The notes: generated from the sequence alone by a model not told the origin. Positions 53,959 through 64,000 are shown, counted from the first letter of the stretch. The stretch: 64,000 nt of DNA from a virus (IMGVR_UViG_3300023108_000002); one strand, 5' to 3'. Numbers and translations are program-made.

Positions 53959-56538
53959 TTATGTCATCATTTGTAGTTGAATGATACCAGGCCTTTTGTC
54001 ATTTACTATATATAGATATCGCCCGTTTGAAGACCAAGTAAAATATGCAGGATTGTCTATACCTGTATATAATCTTTTTCCATCTGGAACCGTAAAAGTT
54101 CCAGTATTACCATTGTGTTGTATTGACCATCTACCGCCAGTATTAGCGTCAGTGTGGGTATAGTCAGTTATTAATTGCACTATACTTTTATCTTCAGGTC
54201 CAACATATATATTCTTACCTCTTCCATCATATCTAAATCCATCAATTGAAGCAACTACTGGCATTTCTTCTCTATTATTTGCAGTAACAAGAACTCTAGT
54301 TGCAGTATTAAGATCCCAAGCAGTAGATAAATTCCACTGATGCATCCAACCACCACCAACCATAAATACTCTTGTTCCATCTAGTTTGAACTGAAGATCT
54401 GTAGGTTGTGAAAATGCTGGGGCGTCAGTTCCGCCAAAAGCAGCTGAATCGAAATCATAATATGAGTTATGAGTTAGTGTAGTAATATCGTATGGCGTTG
54501 TCATGTCAAACTCGTCAATACCATCTCCCACTGTTCCACATACATACAGTTTTGTTCCGTCTGGTTTTAACGCAATCCCTCTAGCACTAGTTTCATATGT
54601 AAATATGCTTATACTACTTTTTCCATCATAGGTTGCTGTATTTACCATAAAGGGAGTAGCTAATGTGTATCCTATAATAACATATTCTCCACCCCAAACT
54701 AAGATATACATTTTTGTTCCATCTTCACTAATACACATTGATTGAGTTTTAGTAGCTTTATCAACAAATACATTATCTATATCAACATGCATATAGTCAT
54801 TAAAGTCTGGAAGATTTGCAGTATTTAAATCCCAAGCAGTAGATAAAGTATATCTAACAACAATATCTGATTGAGCGCCGACCTGATACATATAAACTCC
54901 GTCAGGACTAAATGTAATACCTTCTGGAGAACCTTCATCCTGATAGCGTCCAAGATATACAGGCCTTATTGTATAGTCATAAACAGCAGTTGTAACATCC
55001 CAGGCAGTACCTAAATTGTATATGTCTATATCAGCACCTGTTCCCCCTTGTATATACATTATCGTTCCATCAGATTTAAATGCTAAATCATATGGATTAG
55101 CTTGTTGTCCAGAAACTGAGAAAGATCCTAGTTGAGTTGCTACAGATATTTCCCAAGGAGTTGGGCAGCTATAATTGTAGACAGTTTTATCGCCAGTCCC
55201 CACATAATACCAAGAAGACCCGTCTGGCTTAAAGAAAAGTCCGTGAGGATTTAGGCCAGGGCCTGGACCTACAGTCCTAGTTAAAGATGCAGTGCTAATA
55301 TCCCAAGCAGTACTTAAAGTATATTGATGAAAAGTATCATTTACATATCCAGTCATATAGAGTTCAGTGCCATCAGGTTTCCAAAAAGTAGCCTCTGGAT
55401 TTGCCTCTTGAGAAGAAAAAGAAAATTCTTGAGTGTAGGTAACATTACTAAGATCCCATGCTGTAGCTAGGGTATACTCTCTTATTTTATCGCTATTCAT
55501 CCCAGTAACATACATTTTCGTTCCATCTGTTTTAAATTTTACATCAGTAGGAACCAACTCCCTACCCCCAATAAAAGCGGCATTGGAAGTGCTCACAAAA
55601 GAAGCCGTAGAAATATCCCAAGCGGTTGATAGATTTACTTCTATGATAGATTGAGTATTGTTACCTCGCGTAAAAAAAGAAGTACCATCAGGTTTGAAGA
55701 AAAGATCAGAAATACCTGAATCAAAATCAAAAGCACTCAAAATATACGTATCATGAGAAATAGTACTAATGTCCCACGCAGTTCCTAAAGTAAAAGAATT
55801 TACTTCATCATGCCCGGGCCCCGCCACATAAAGCTTTGTTCCATCAGGTTTAAAATCAAATGCATAGGGGTTAGTGTTATAAGAACTAAGTGAAATCTCT
55901 TGATTAAAAGTAGCAGTGCTTGTATCCCACGCAGTACTTAGATTATATTCAACCAATCTATCGCTGCTTCTTGATAATAGATACATTTTAGTTCCATCTG
56001 AACTCATACGCATACATACCTGAAGGTTAGCCATTTCTGCTTGAACATTAAGCGTTTTAGAAGAAGAACCAGAAGCGGTAGATATATCCCAGGCAGTACT
56101 CAACGTATAGTAATTAATTTCATCATTTCCTGTAGTGGGGTCGTTATTTCCACCAACGTACATTATCGTACCTTCTGGATTAAAGTAAATAGAGCGGCCG
56201 CCGTTATTTTGGTTTGTAGTTTCTTTTGTTTGATCAGGCACATAAGAAAGAGTCCTAACATCAAAGGGCACCCCAAAACTATACTTACGAACTATTTCAT
56301 CATCGGCAAGAGTAAATAAATAATTACCATCATTTGATATATACAGATCTTCCCAGTCTACATCAAGTCTATGAATAGGAATACGACTACCTACATTATA
56401 AGGACCCTTTTCAATGCTAAACCCAATGTCATTGTTTGAAAAAACATTTAACTTAGTTTTTAAGAAATGCTCTTCTATATCAAATACCCCAGAAGTTCCT
56501 GTGATATTTTTGCCAATTATACCACCATTTGAGCTCAT
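53959..56538 (-). CDS. STAWD-repeat beta-propeller protein (virion-associated)
   Basis: More than 10 repeats of F(K/S)PDGTK.Y...Y.LSTAWDISTA; MSSNGGIIG start. Confidence 0.78.
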   Translation of the reverse strand: MSSNGGIIGKNITGTSGVFDIEEHFLKTKLNVFSNNDIGFSIEKGPYNVGSRIPIHRLDVDWEDLYISNDGNYLFTLADDEIVRKYSFGVPFDVRTLSYVPDQTKETTNQNNGGRSIYFNPEGTIMYVGGNNDPTTGNDEINYYTLSTAWDISTASGSSSKTLNVQAEMANLQVCMRMSSDGTKMYLLSRSSDRLVEYNLSTAWDTSTATFNQEISLSSYNTNPYAFDFKPDGTKLYVAGPGHDEVNSFTLGTAWDISTISHDTYILSAFDFDSGISDLFFKPDGTSFFTRGNNTQSIIEVNLSTAWDISTASFVSTSNAAFIGGRELVPTDVKFKTDGTKMYVTGMNSDKIREYTLATAWDLSNVTYTQEFSFSSQEANPEATFWKPDGTELYMTGYVNDTFHQYTLSTAWDISTASLTRTVGPGPGLNPHGLFFKPDGSSWYYVGTGDKTVYNYSCPTPWEISVATQLGSFSVSGQQANPYDLAFKSDGTIMYIQGGTGADIDIYNLGTAWDVTTAVYDYTIRPVYLGRYQDEGSPEGITFSPDGVYMYQVGAQSDIVVRYTLSTAWDLNTANLPDFNDYMHVDIDNVFVDKATKTQSMCISEDGTKMYILVWGGEYVIIGYTLATPFMVNTATYDGKSSISIFTYETSARGIALKPDGTKLYVCGTVGDGIDEFDMTTPYDITTLTHNSYYDFDSAAFGGTDAPAFSQPTDLQFKLDGTRVFMVGGGWMHQWNLSTAWDLNTATRVLVTANNREEMPVVASIDGFRYDGRGKNIYVGPEDKSIVQLITDYTHTDANTGGRWSIQHNGNTGTFTVPDGKRLYTGIDNPAYFTWSSNGRYLYIVNDKRPGIIQLQMMT

Positions 56539-56891
56539 GATATTATCTCATACGAACAAACAAATTGAATTAAAGTGCTTCCAGCCTTAACTTGAATTTT
56601 TTCATCTTCACGAAGATAAATTCCATGATCTCTTGAAATCGCCACTAACATTGCATTATATGGTATAGTAATTGCAGAACCTATAGCATAAGAATTTCCA
56701 CCACTTACAAAGTTTACTGATATGTCTACATCATTTGCTAAATCCGTATTTGTAGCAATTAGGGAGTTAATTTTATATACTTTCCCACTGGATGCCGGAT
56801 TTGATACTAAATCTGCAAAAGAAGTGGTTGCAACTGCCCCCACCGTTTCTCCAAGAATTGATGTTACAGTGACTATATTTGGATTAGCCAT
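56535..56891 (-). CDS. small virion structural beta-sandwich protein
   Basis: MANPNIVTVTSILG...KVYKINSLIATN...YLREDEKI...CSYEII, a recurrent marine phage tail-module family. Confidence 0.65.
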   Translation of the reverse strand: MANPNIVTVTSILGETVGAVATTSFADLVSNPASSGKVYKINSLIATNTDLANDVDISVNFVSGGNSYAIGSAITIPYNAMLVAISRDHGIYLREDEKIQVKAGSTLIQFVCSYEIIS

Positions 56892-56903
56892 AGATTTTCT
56901 CCT

Positions 56904-57167
56904 TTATCTTCCAAATACAATAGACAGGGCTATTGCTTTATTTTCTGTTACTCCACTACCACCTAATAATCCACCAGTGTCAGTCAAATCTGATATATCT
57001 GCTGGAATAACACTCGTTGTATCAGTTAATTCGGATACATCAGTTACGGTTGCGATTGTGGTAGTTTTTCTGTCCCACACCCCTGAAGTTGAGTTATATA
57101 CATATGTCTTTCCGCCAGAGCTGAAACTCTGTCCGTCTGTGGGTGAATTTGGAAAATTGATTGCCAT
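56904..57167 (-). CDS. stand-alone fibre adaptor peptide
   Basis: Contains only the MAINFPNSP module, SDLTDT repeats and C-terminal KAIALSIVFG. Confidence 0.7.
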   Translation of the reverse strand: MAINFPNSPTDGQSFSSGGKTYVYNSTSGVWDRKTTTIATVTDVSELTDTTSVIPADISDLTDTGGLLGGSGVTENKAIALSIVFGR

Positions 57168-57224
57168 TTATCTATCCTATTTTCTTTCTACTATTTATTA
57201 TAACATATGAATGGTTGCTAAATA

Positions 57225-60200
57225 TTATCCTATTTTCTTTATCGTTAATATTGCTTGTCCAATCCAATAGTCTCCACTTTGATCGCTTTCTAAAATATAT
57301 CTAATCCAATTATTTGCAGGCGTAGCATCTTCAAACGTAACTATTATACTATCGGGTACAGTTACTCCATTAATGTTAAAAGAGCCAGTGCCTGGGCTTA
57401 ACCAACCAGCAGAACTAAAAGCACCAGTGCTTGCTTCCCATCCATGATATCTTTGGCCTGCTGTACTATTTCTTTCATATACTTCCGGCTGTACTGATAT
57501 TTCGTATGTACCATTCTGAACAAAGCCTGAGAATTTATCTCCACTAAATGTAATGCCAGTTAGTGTAGGATCTCTGTCTGAGCTATCTGGTGATAATCCG
57601 GCTGTATTAGCAGCATTTGCAAATGTTGCTTCGTACCAAGTTCCTACATTTTGTCCTAGATATGAACTACTTGAAACAGTTGAACCAGGCTGACTTGCAC
57701 TTAGATAAAATTTTGTAAATGGAGTTGTTGAAGAAGAACTTGAAGAACCAGTTGTAGTACTAGCAGCAGCACCACCAACTTGTATCCATTGAGAACTATC
57801 AGCATCAGTGTAATACAAATACAAATCAGCTGAATCTGATTTGAACCAGAACTCTCCAGCACTTGGTGAAGTTGGTGCAGTATCAGATGTGGTTGCACCA
57901 CCAGCAACATCTGCCCAAGAATAATCAGAACCATTCCAAGACAATACTTGTCCTGTAGACGCTGAAGATTGATTGAGATGTGTATCTACCATACTATCTG
58001 AATATGGAGTTGGGGTTCCAGTAAGATCTGAATATGAACCTGAGAAGTTTCCAACAACAGAACCGGCGCCCATTCCACTATGATTTGTACAATAATAATA
58101 TAAATCTGGTGTTGCGTGTGTGATTGCAATTTCAGTATATGCACCGGCAGAACCAGCAGTTCCGTTTGTAGTAACTCCTACCGTATATTCAACACCGCTG
58201 GCATGAGTGCCATCAGAGGTTGTTGAGAATCTTAGTGGATGTGATCCATTTGAGGCATCTGATTGATCAAAACGATAAGTTCTGCCAGGCTCAAATGAAA
58301 GAGTTGCTTGTTGAATTCCATCAATGTAGAAATATCCACCAGATGCAGTCACTGTCACAGTACTATACGCATTTGCTTTTGAAGCAATTTGATTGGTGAT
58401 AGTTGTTGCAAAGTTAGGATCATCTCCTAGTGCAGCAGCCAGTTCATTGAGTGTATCAAGTGTTGCTGGAGCAGAATCCACAAGGTTTGCTACAGAAGTA
58501 TCTACATAAGTTTCAGTTGCATATCCAGTAAGAGATGGAATTTGTGATGCAACGTATGCTTTTGTTGCATATGTACCCAAATCTGCACTTGTAAGTTCAT
58601 CAGCAAAATCTAGAGCAAGAGATGTTGCATTGATAGCAGTACCAAGTTTTGCAACACCGCTAGTTGAAATTCCACCGCCATCTGTTACAAAATATTTTGT
58701 TCCCGTAGTAAGTCCAGAAAGTCCTGTATGAATTCCATACTCTAATGTTACATCAATAGTTGTTCCTGCTGATGCTGCAACCCCATGTAATTTAGTTGCA
58801 TCAAAGTTAGATTCACCATATGCACCTTGTGTCATAACTACTTCTGGATAGTTGCTAGCTAATGTATATGCTGCTGTATCTCCATCATTGAAGGGACTTG
58901 AATAAATCCATTTGTTAATGTTTTGAGGAAAGTCATCAGGCCCATTGATCTGACTGTCATTGGAACTGACCAAGTTTCCAGAATTGTCAAAATGATAATA
59001 TCTAGTTACTGGATAGGTATCATTTGTATTCCACCAAGGAATAATCAATGTGGGTGCATTTGGAGAACTTCCAGTATTGCTGCCCTTTGTCCAACAGATA
59101 TTTCCACGAACCTTTCCGACTTGGACATTGGCGCCACCCTGTATTGTAATATTACCAGATACATTTGTTACATTTAGATTCGCATCTGCACTATATAGCG
59201 CCATCTTCAGTCTATAAGGAGCATCTCCACCACCATCAGCCGGAGTAGTTGTGACTGTAGCAAGTAGTCCGTTTGTTGGGTGGAATTCCTGATGGTTTTG
59301 AATTTCGCTTGCACCTACACTATGTGTTCCAGATCTTGTAAACAAATCTGTTTGCGGCCCAAGGACTATAGTACCAATATCCCAATCTACTGTCGCAAAT
59401 TTAATAATACCTTTTCGTGTGGCGCCAGACCCTTCTTGTCTGTAAACAGCAATTCTTGTTGGGGTTGCTGGATCAACTGCTGTATGTTCCCATTCAAATA
59501 CTTCTGAAGATGAAGTTTCAATTTCTGGATAACTAGTATCGAAAGTTTCAGTTGCAAAATCATAAGTAAATTTTCTTAAAGCAGCTTTATTGTTTGAATT
59601 TGGAAATTTTGCATACAGAGTTAATACATCACCACTAAATCCACCATGATAAAATAGGCATCTATTGCCGCTGTGCCCTATACTAACAGATCCATTTCCA
59701 CCCGAAAGATTGGATAGTCCATTTACTGTTGTGCCTGTGATAGTACCTACTTTTAAAATAGAGTTTCCATTACTTGAAGCAGCAAGATAAATGAAAGTAT
59801 CTTCGTATGTTCCTGCTGGTCCAAAAAATGCGTGTGGGTCTCTGATGGATAAATGGTTTCCGCTTGCGAAGGCAGTCCCAGCACTAATAGTAGAACCGCT
59901 TTTAATAAATGGAACAAGCATGTTGTTATCCGAATGCCCAGTGCCGCCCGGGAAAAGTAACATTGCTTTTTCTCTTGTGGAGTGGTGTGCAATCGTTCCA
60001 ACATAGGAACTCGCACCCCCGAAACCACTTGTCATTTGAGCGTTGTTTGCAGAAACACGAACAAATGGATAGTTTGTGGGTTCAACTACAGTCACAGTTC
60101 CATCAGTATTCAGCATCACAACATCATTTACAGCAGCTGTATTTGTTGATGTATATTCTACAACACTAGGATTTGGTACATCAGATGCCGTAATATAACC

Positions 60201-63200
60201 AGCACCGTTAGTCAATTGATTGTTGTTTGTTGGAATTGTTGGTGTATTGGTTAAGTCATTATATGAACCAGATGTTGCAACTGTTGCAAGAGATGGTGTA
60301 TTAGATAAGTCATTATAGTTACCAGATGTTGCTACTGCTGCAAAATCACTTACTGGTATGTCATATTGAAAAATTCTCCCCCCATAGGAGCCCTTATCAG
60401 ACATAATGTATAGTTTTGTACCGTCTGGTTTGAAGAATATATCTGCTGGGCCATTACCACCATGAATAGATGCGGGCCATTGACTCCAAGAACTGGCTGT
60501 TGTTAAATCAAACGCTGTTGAGAAAGTTGTGTAGTAAACAATATCGACACCATTTTTTATAAATGCGCCGGTTTTACCATCAGGGCTAATTGCAAATCTT
60601 GCCCCCGAATGTCCTGTGGTTGGAGTTGCTAGAGTTTGTACTGCACTCGCTGATGCTGTTGATAAATCCCAAGCAGTTGTTAAATCAAATCTTTGAATTT
60701 CATTTGGATCTGAGTTTCCAGTATTACTTTGAAATGTAAGATAGATTTTAGTTCCATCTTGCGAGAACCTAAAATCCCACAGAGGAAATTCGTTTGTGGT
60801 GTATGTATTAAATGGTTGATACCAAGCGTTGCCGGAAACACCATCGTTGGGAGGCCTGATGATATTATTGAAGCCGGAACTTGAATATGTGTAAATTGCG
60901 CCGCTACTATTGTTTTGTGTATCTTGTCTATCAAGAACAAACGCTTTGATTCCATCGTATGAAATTCTATATGTTGTGGGTTTGGCATCTGTACTTGCAC
61001 TGCCATAATAATTACCACTTGTTGATGGTCTAATGTACGAACTACCAACATGCGTCCATGTACTGCTCGTATCCCATGGCGTTGCTAATGTGTAATATAT
61101 ACCAGAACCAAACATTTCTGCTTGAAAACGTATTGCAGTACCAGCCGCATACATTAGATTTCCATTGATATCAAATGTATCTGTTTCGTTGATATGTAAA
61201 CTTCCCTCGGACGATAGTAAATTAATATTCTGCGATTGCCCTTGGTCATTTGTTGCGTCCATATCGGCAAAACCACCTTCGATATTGATTTTCTCAGCTG
61301 GAGTGCTCCAAGCATAATCAGAACCATCCCACACAAGCATTTGATCGGTTGTCGCTGTACTTTGATTTAGATGTAAATCTACACTTGCATCGCTATAACT
61401 ACCAGCGGCTGTGATTTGATTGTTAACATAAGTTTCGGTTGCATATCCATTCAAATCGGATGCTTCTAGTTTATTTGCCAGTGAGTTAGTAATCGTTGTG
61501 GAGAAATTAGCGTCATCTCCTAGTGCAGCAGCCAGTTCATTGAGTGTATCAAGTGTTGCTGGGGCAGAATCTACTAGGTTTGCTACAGAAGTGTCTACAT
61601 ATGCTTTTGTTGCATAGGTAGCAAGACTTGCATCAGTTAATTCATCTAAAAGATCAACAGCAAGTGTTGTGCTTGACATAGCAAGTCCAACTTTAGCATT
61701 GTTTGTATCTGGAGTTGCCGAAAGACTACCATCTGATAATACATAATATTTTGACCCAGCTGTCAAACCAGAAAGTCCAGTATGAATACCTCCCTCTACA
61801 GTGACATCAATTGTTGTACCAGCAGACGCAGCAATACCATGAATTTTAGATGCATCTAGATTGGATTCTGTATATACACCTTGAGTTGGTTGGGCAAACA
61901 ATTTAACAACCAAACTGGTTGCATTTGTGTTGCCTGGCGCCGATATTGATCCTTTAGCACTCCTGAAAGGATCCATTTGTATTTTGCCTGGATATCCAAA
62001 TCCAGTGTTCTTTGCATAAGAGTTGTTGCCGTGCGTAACTCTACTTGTACCAATAACTATATTTAAAGATGAATTTACTGAGAAATGGGTTATGAACGAA
62101 CCATCCTTACTGTTACTAGTATTGTTTAGATAATAATACCCTGCGTTAGTTAGTGCAAACATATTACTGTTCTTGTAGAATGCCATATTTCCAGAAAGAT
62201 GGCCATAAGTTCCACCTTGATTATAGCCTAGTGAGTATTCTGAGCCTTCCGCCACTGCTGAATTTCCTGTTGTCGAAAATGCTCTAAGTTTTAGACTGTT
62301 ACTTCCTCCACCAACACTCCAAGCAACAACAAAATGTTCACTAGAATCTCTCCATGCCACATGCGCTGGTGCGTCAGTACCAAAATTTGTGTTGAACGAA
62401 GTCAATCCATATGCTGTTCCGACAGTAATATTTCCTGTACCCCAATCTATATCACCAATTCTGAGATTTCCAGAGGCATCAACTCCTGCAAATCTACCCT
62501 CTGTGAGTTTTGAGAAGTCCAATGATCTACTATCGATAGGATGTGGTATAGCAAAATCATCGCTATATTGGATTGTAGCATTTCCATCCCACGTAACTCT
62601 AAATATTCTACAATTACTAGAATTGTCTCTGTATGCGCCGATGATTTTGTAAGAACCGGCAGTACTTCCGGCATGGTCATAGTACCAATTAATATGATCG
62701 AGTCGAGAATTATAGGTAGGTCCGCTGTTAGAACTATTAGTTCCTGTATCACTCCAAGTGATTCCAACGCCACCCATTGTGCCTACGGCATGAATAATTA
62801 AATCTGATGATCCTCCATTCTTCTTCGGCCCTAAAATTAAAAATTTATCTGGATTGTCTGGACTTCCAATCACATACGGATTATCTGATGTAGCAAGTCC
62901 CAATGAGTTCCCCAATGAGGCAAGATCTTGATATTCGGTTCCATAAGTCCAAGTCTCAGTTGAACTATTATATTCAGCAGAAACAATTTTCATTTCAAAA
63001 ATACTGCCAGGCGCCTCATCAAAGGCTACAGAGATGTACTTGTTATCAGTTTGTGTTGGAAATAACCAATATCCAACATGAGCTGCGACCAAACCATTAG
63101 TATTACTAATAGTGTAGCCTTCATTATTTGGAAGAAGTTGTTGATATGACCCATTATAACCTTGATTTGTAAGTTGCTCTGGAGAAGTTGCAACTTCAAC

Positions 63201-63998
63201 TGGAGTCACAGTTCCATCAGTATTTAACATTACAACATCATTTACAGATGCAGAAGATGTAGATGTATATTCTACGATATTGGTGTTTGGAATATCGGCA
63301 GCGGTGATATATCCGGCACCATTAGCCAACTGATTATTATCTGTTGGTTGTGCTACCCATTCATAATCTGTACCATTCCAGCTTAAAACTTCATTTGATG
63401 TCGCTGTACTTTGGTTTAGATGTAAATCTACACTTGCATCGCTATAACTACCTGCCGCCGTGATTTGTTGACCGACATATGCTTTTGTCGCATATGTACC
63501 CAAATCTGCACTTGTAAGTTCGTCAGTAAAATCTAATGCAAGAGATGTTGCATTGATAGCAACACCAAGTTTGGCATTTTTAGAGTCTGGTGCCGTCGCC
63601 AAAGTTCCATTGTCTATTACATAATATGTTGACCCAGTAGTAAGTCCAGAAAGTCCTGTATGAATTCCAAACTCCAAAGTTACATCAATAGTTGTTCCGG
63701 CAGTTGCTGCAATACCATGAACTTTAGATGCATCTAGGTTGGACTCTCCATAAGGAAACTGAAGATGTTTTACTCTATATTCATGTCTATAGTTTCCACT
63801 ATCATATCTCCTATTTTTCCAAGAAATTGAAAACTGTCCCGATTGATGTGGATTATCAAATTGTAACGGAACTGAAGAATGACTCCATCCACTTGTTTGA
63901 ACGGCCCCGGCAGTGTTTGTAATACTTGTCCCATTCACATCCCATATTTCATAAAAAGACTCTAAGGTATAGTTGCTTTTGTCATCGTATGAAACCAT
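57225..63998 (-). CDS. giant repetitive tail fibre/adhesin (probably 5'-truncated by the window edge)
   Basis: At least 2257 aa, open to the window end; triplicated ESNLDASK...YATKAYV linker, duplicated SAPATLDTLNELAAALGDD, cupredoxin-like block. Confidence 0.8.
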   Translation of the reverse strand: MVSYDDKSNYTLESFYEIWDVNGTSITNTAGAVQTSGWSHSSVPLQFDNPHQSGQFSISWKNRRYDSGNYRHEYRVKHLQFPYGESNLDASKVHGIAATAGTTIDVTLEFGIHTGLSGLTTGSTYYVIDNGTLATAPDSKNAKLGVAINATSLALDFTDELTSADLGTYATKAYVGQQITAAGSYSDASVDLHLNQSTATSNEVLSWNGTDYEWVAQPTDNNQLANGAGYITAADIPNTNIVEYTSTSSASVNDVVMLNTDGTVTPVEVATSPEQLTNQGYNGSYQQLLPNNEGYTISNTNGLVAAHVGYWLFPTQTDNKYISVAFDEAPGSIFEMKIVSAEYNSSTETWTYGTEYQDLASLGNSLGLATSDNPYVIGSPDNPDKFLILGPKKNGGSSDLIIHAVGTMGGVGITWSDTGTNSSNSGPTYNSRLDHINWYYDHAGSTAGSYKIIGAYRDNSSNCRIFRVTWDGNATIQYSDDFAIPHPIDSRSLDFSKLTEGRFAGVDASGNLRIGDIDWGTGNITVGTAYGLTSFNTNFGTDAPAHVAWRDSSEHFVVAWSVGGGSNSLKLRAFSTTGNSAVAEGSEYSLGYNQGGTYGHLSGNMAFYKNSNMFALTNAGYYYLNNTSNSKDGSFITHFSVNSSLNIVIGTSRVTHGNNSYAKNTGFGYPGKIQMDPFRSAKGSISAPGNTNATSLVVKLFAQPTQGVYTESNLDASKIHGIAASAGTTIDVTVEGGIHTGLSGLTAGSKYYVLSDGSLSATPDTNNAKVGLAMSSTTLAVDLLDELTDASLATYATKAYVDTSVANLVDSAPATLDTLNELAAALGDDANFSTTITNSLANKLEASDLNGYATETYVNNQITAAGSYSDASVDLHLNQSTATTDQMLVWDGSDYAWSTPAEKINIEGGFADMDATNDQGQSQNINLLSSEGSLHINETDTFDINGNLMYAAGTAIRFQAEMFGSGIYYTLATPWDTSSTWTHVGSSYIRPSTSGNYYGSASTDAKPTTYRISYDGIKAFVLDRQDTQNNSSGAIYTYSSSGFNNIIRPPNDGVSGNAWYQPFNTYTTNEFPLWDFRFSQDGTKIYLTFQSNTGNSDPNEIQRFDLTTAWDLSTASASAVQTLATPTTGHSGARFAISPDGKTGAFIKNGVDIVYYTTFSTAFDLTTASSWSQWPASIHGGNGPADIFFKPDGTKLYIMSDKGSYGGRIFQYDIPVSDFAAVATSGNYNDLSNTPSLATVATSGSYNDLTNTPTIPTNNNQLTNGAGYITASDVPNPSVVEYTSTNTAAVNDVVMLNTDGTVTVVEPTNYPFVRVSANNAQMTSGFGGASSYVGTIAHHSTREKAMLLFPGGTGHSDNNMLVPFIKSGSTISAGTAFASGNHLSIRDPHAFFGPAGTYEDTFIYLAASSNGNSILKVGTITGTTVNGLSNLSGGNGSVSIGHSGNRCLFYHGGFSGDVLTLYAKFPNSNNKAALRKFTYDFATETFDTSYPEIETSSSEVFEWEHTAVDPATPTRIAVYRQEGSGATRKGIIKFATVDWDIGTIVLGPQTDLFTRSGTHSVGASEIQNHQEFHPTNGLLATVTTTPADGGGDAPYRLKMALYSADANLNVTNVSGNITIQGGANVQVGKVRGNICWTKGSNTGSSPNAPTLIIPWWNTNDTYPVTRYYHFDNSGNLVSSNDSQINGPDDFPQNINKWIYSSPFNDGDTAAYTLASNYPEVVMTQGAYGESNFDATKLHGVAASAGTTIDVTLEYGIHTGLSGLTTGTKYFVTDGGGISTSGVAKLGTAINATSLALDFADELTSADLGTYATKAYVASQIPSLTGYATETYVDTSVANLVDSAPATLDTLNELAAALGDDPNFATTITNQIASKANAYSTVTVTASGGYFYIDGIQQATLSFEPGRTYRFDQSDASNGSHPLRFSTTSDGTHASGVEYTVGVTTNGTAGSAGAYTEIAITHATPDLYYYCTNHSGMGAGSVVGNFSGSYSDLTGTPTPYSDSMVDTHLNQSSASTGQVLSWNGSDYSWADVAGGATTSDTAPTSPSAGEFWFKSDSADLYLYYTDADSSQWIQVGGAAASTTTGSSSSSSTTPFTKFYLSASQPGSTVSSSSYLGQNVGTWYEATFANAANTAGLSPDSSDRDPTLTGITFSGDKFSGFVQNGTYEISVQPEVYERNSTAGQRYHGWEASTGAFSSAGWLSPGTGSFNINGVTVPDSIIVTFEDATPANNWIRYILESDQSGDYWIGQAILTIKKIG
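58551..63746 (-). repeat. three dispersed about 270-bp repeats inside the giant fibre gene (63474-63746, 61596-61868, 58551-58814)
   Basis: Each encodes ESN(L/F)DA(S/T)K.HG.AA.AGTTIDVT.E.GIHTGLSGLT.G..Y.V...LA.D..DELT...L.TYATKAYV, with visible nucleotide similarity. Confidence 0.85.
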
Positions 63999-64000
63999 GA

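Noticed and set aside
53959-56538. Regularly recurring atcccaagcagt-like sequence suggesting a CRISPR array
   Set aside because: It is the coding signature of STAWD propeller repeats in an open frame, degenerate at third positions, with spacing over 100 bp
30509-63998. Possible diversity-generating retroelement acting on the fibre genes
   Set aside because: No reverse transcriptase and no template/variable repeat pair with adenine-specific mismatches seen; the repeats encode stalk modules, not tips
1-64000. tRNA, rRNA or tmRNA genes
   Set aside because: Intergenic gaps are mostly under 110 bp and none showed a cloverleaf or T-arm GTTCGA pattern by eye; tRNAscan-SE/ARAGORN would be definitive
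1-64000. Stop-codon reassignment
   Set aside because: Core genes are full length under the standard code and terminate with TAA, TAG and TGA

Overview
This is a 64-kb segment of a large, AT-rich T4-like myophage genome, probably marine with a Gram-negative (likely proteobacterial) host; no photosynthesis genes are present. Bases 1-30.5 kb (+ strand) hold the replication and nucleotide-metabolism module: gp44 end, gp62, regA, NTP pyrophosphohydrolase, hsp20, gp43, uvsX, gp41, 2OG-Fe(II) oxygenase, gp61, class II nrdJ, RuvC-like resolvase, DenV-like glycosylase, RNase H and a HAD nucleotidase. That region also carries a spanin pair and a small restriction-modification-like cassette. Bases 30.5-64 kb (mostly - strand) are an array of about 14 modular fibre/adhesin-like genes interrupted by thyX and membrane-protein genes. 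Most interesting signals: (1) a late-promoter cluster at 9.1-19.3 kb whose proteins begin with T4 capsid-targeting-like sequences and look like Glu-linker polyproteins carrying ligase-like, kinase, HIGH-nucleotidyltransferase and RNase-like domains; (2) a ROSE-type RNA thermometer upstream of the phage hsp20; (3) an endonuclease-methyltransferase pair bracketed by a 31-bp duplicated promoter; (4) mix-and-match fibre genes, one with a cupredoxin-like copper-site motif. All protein assignments come from motif recognition by eye; no database searches were run.
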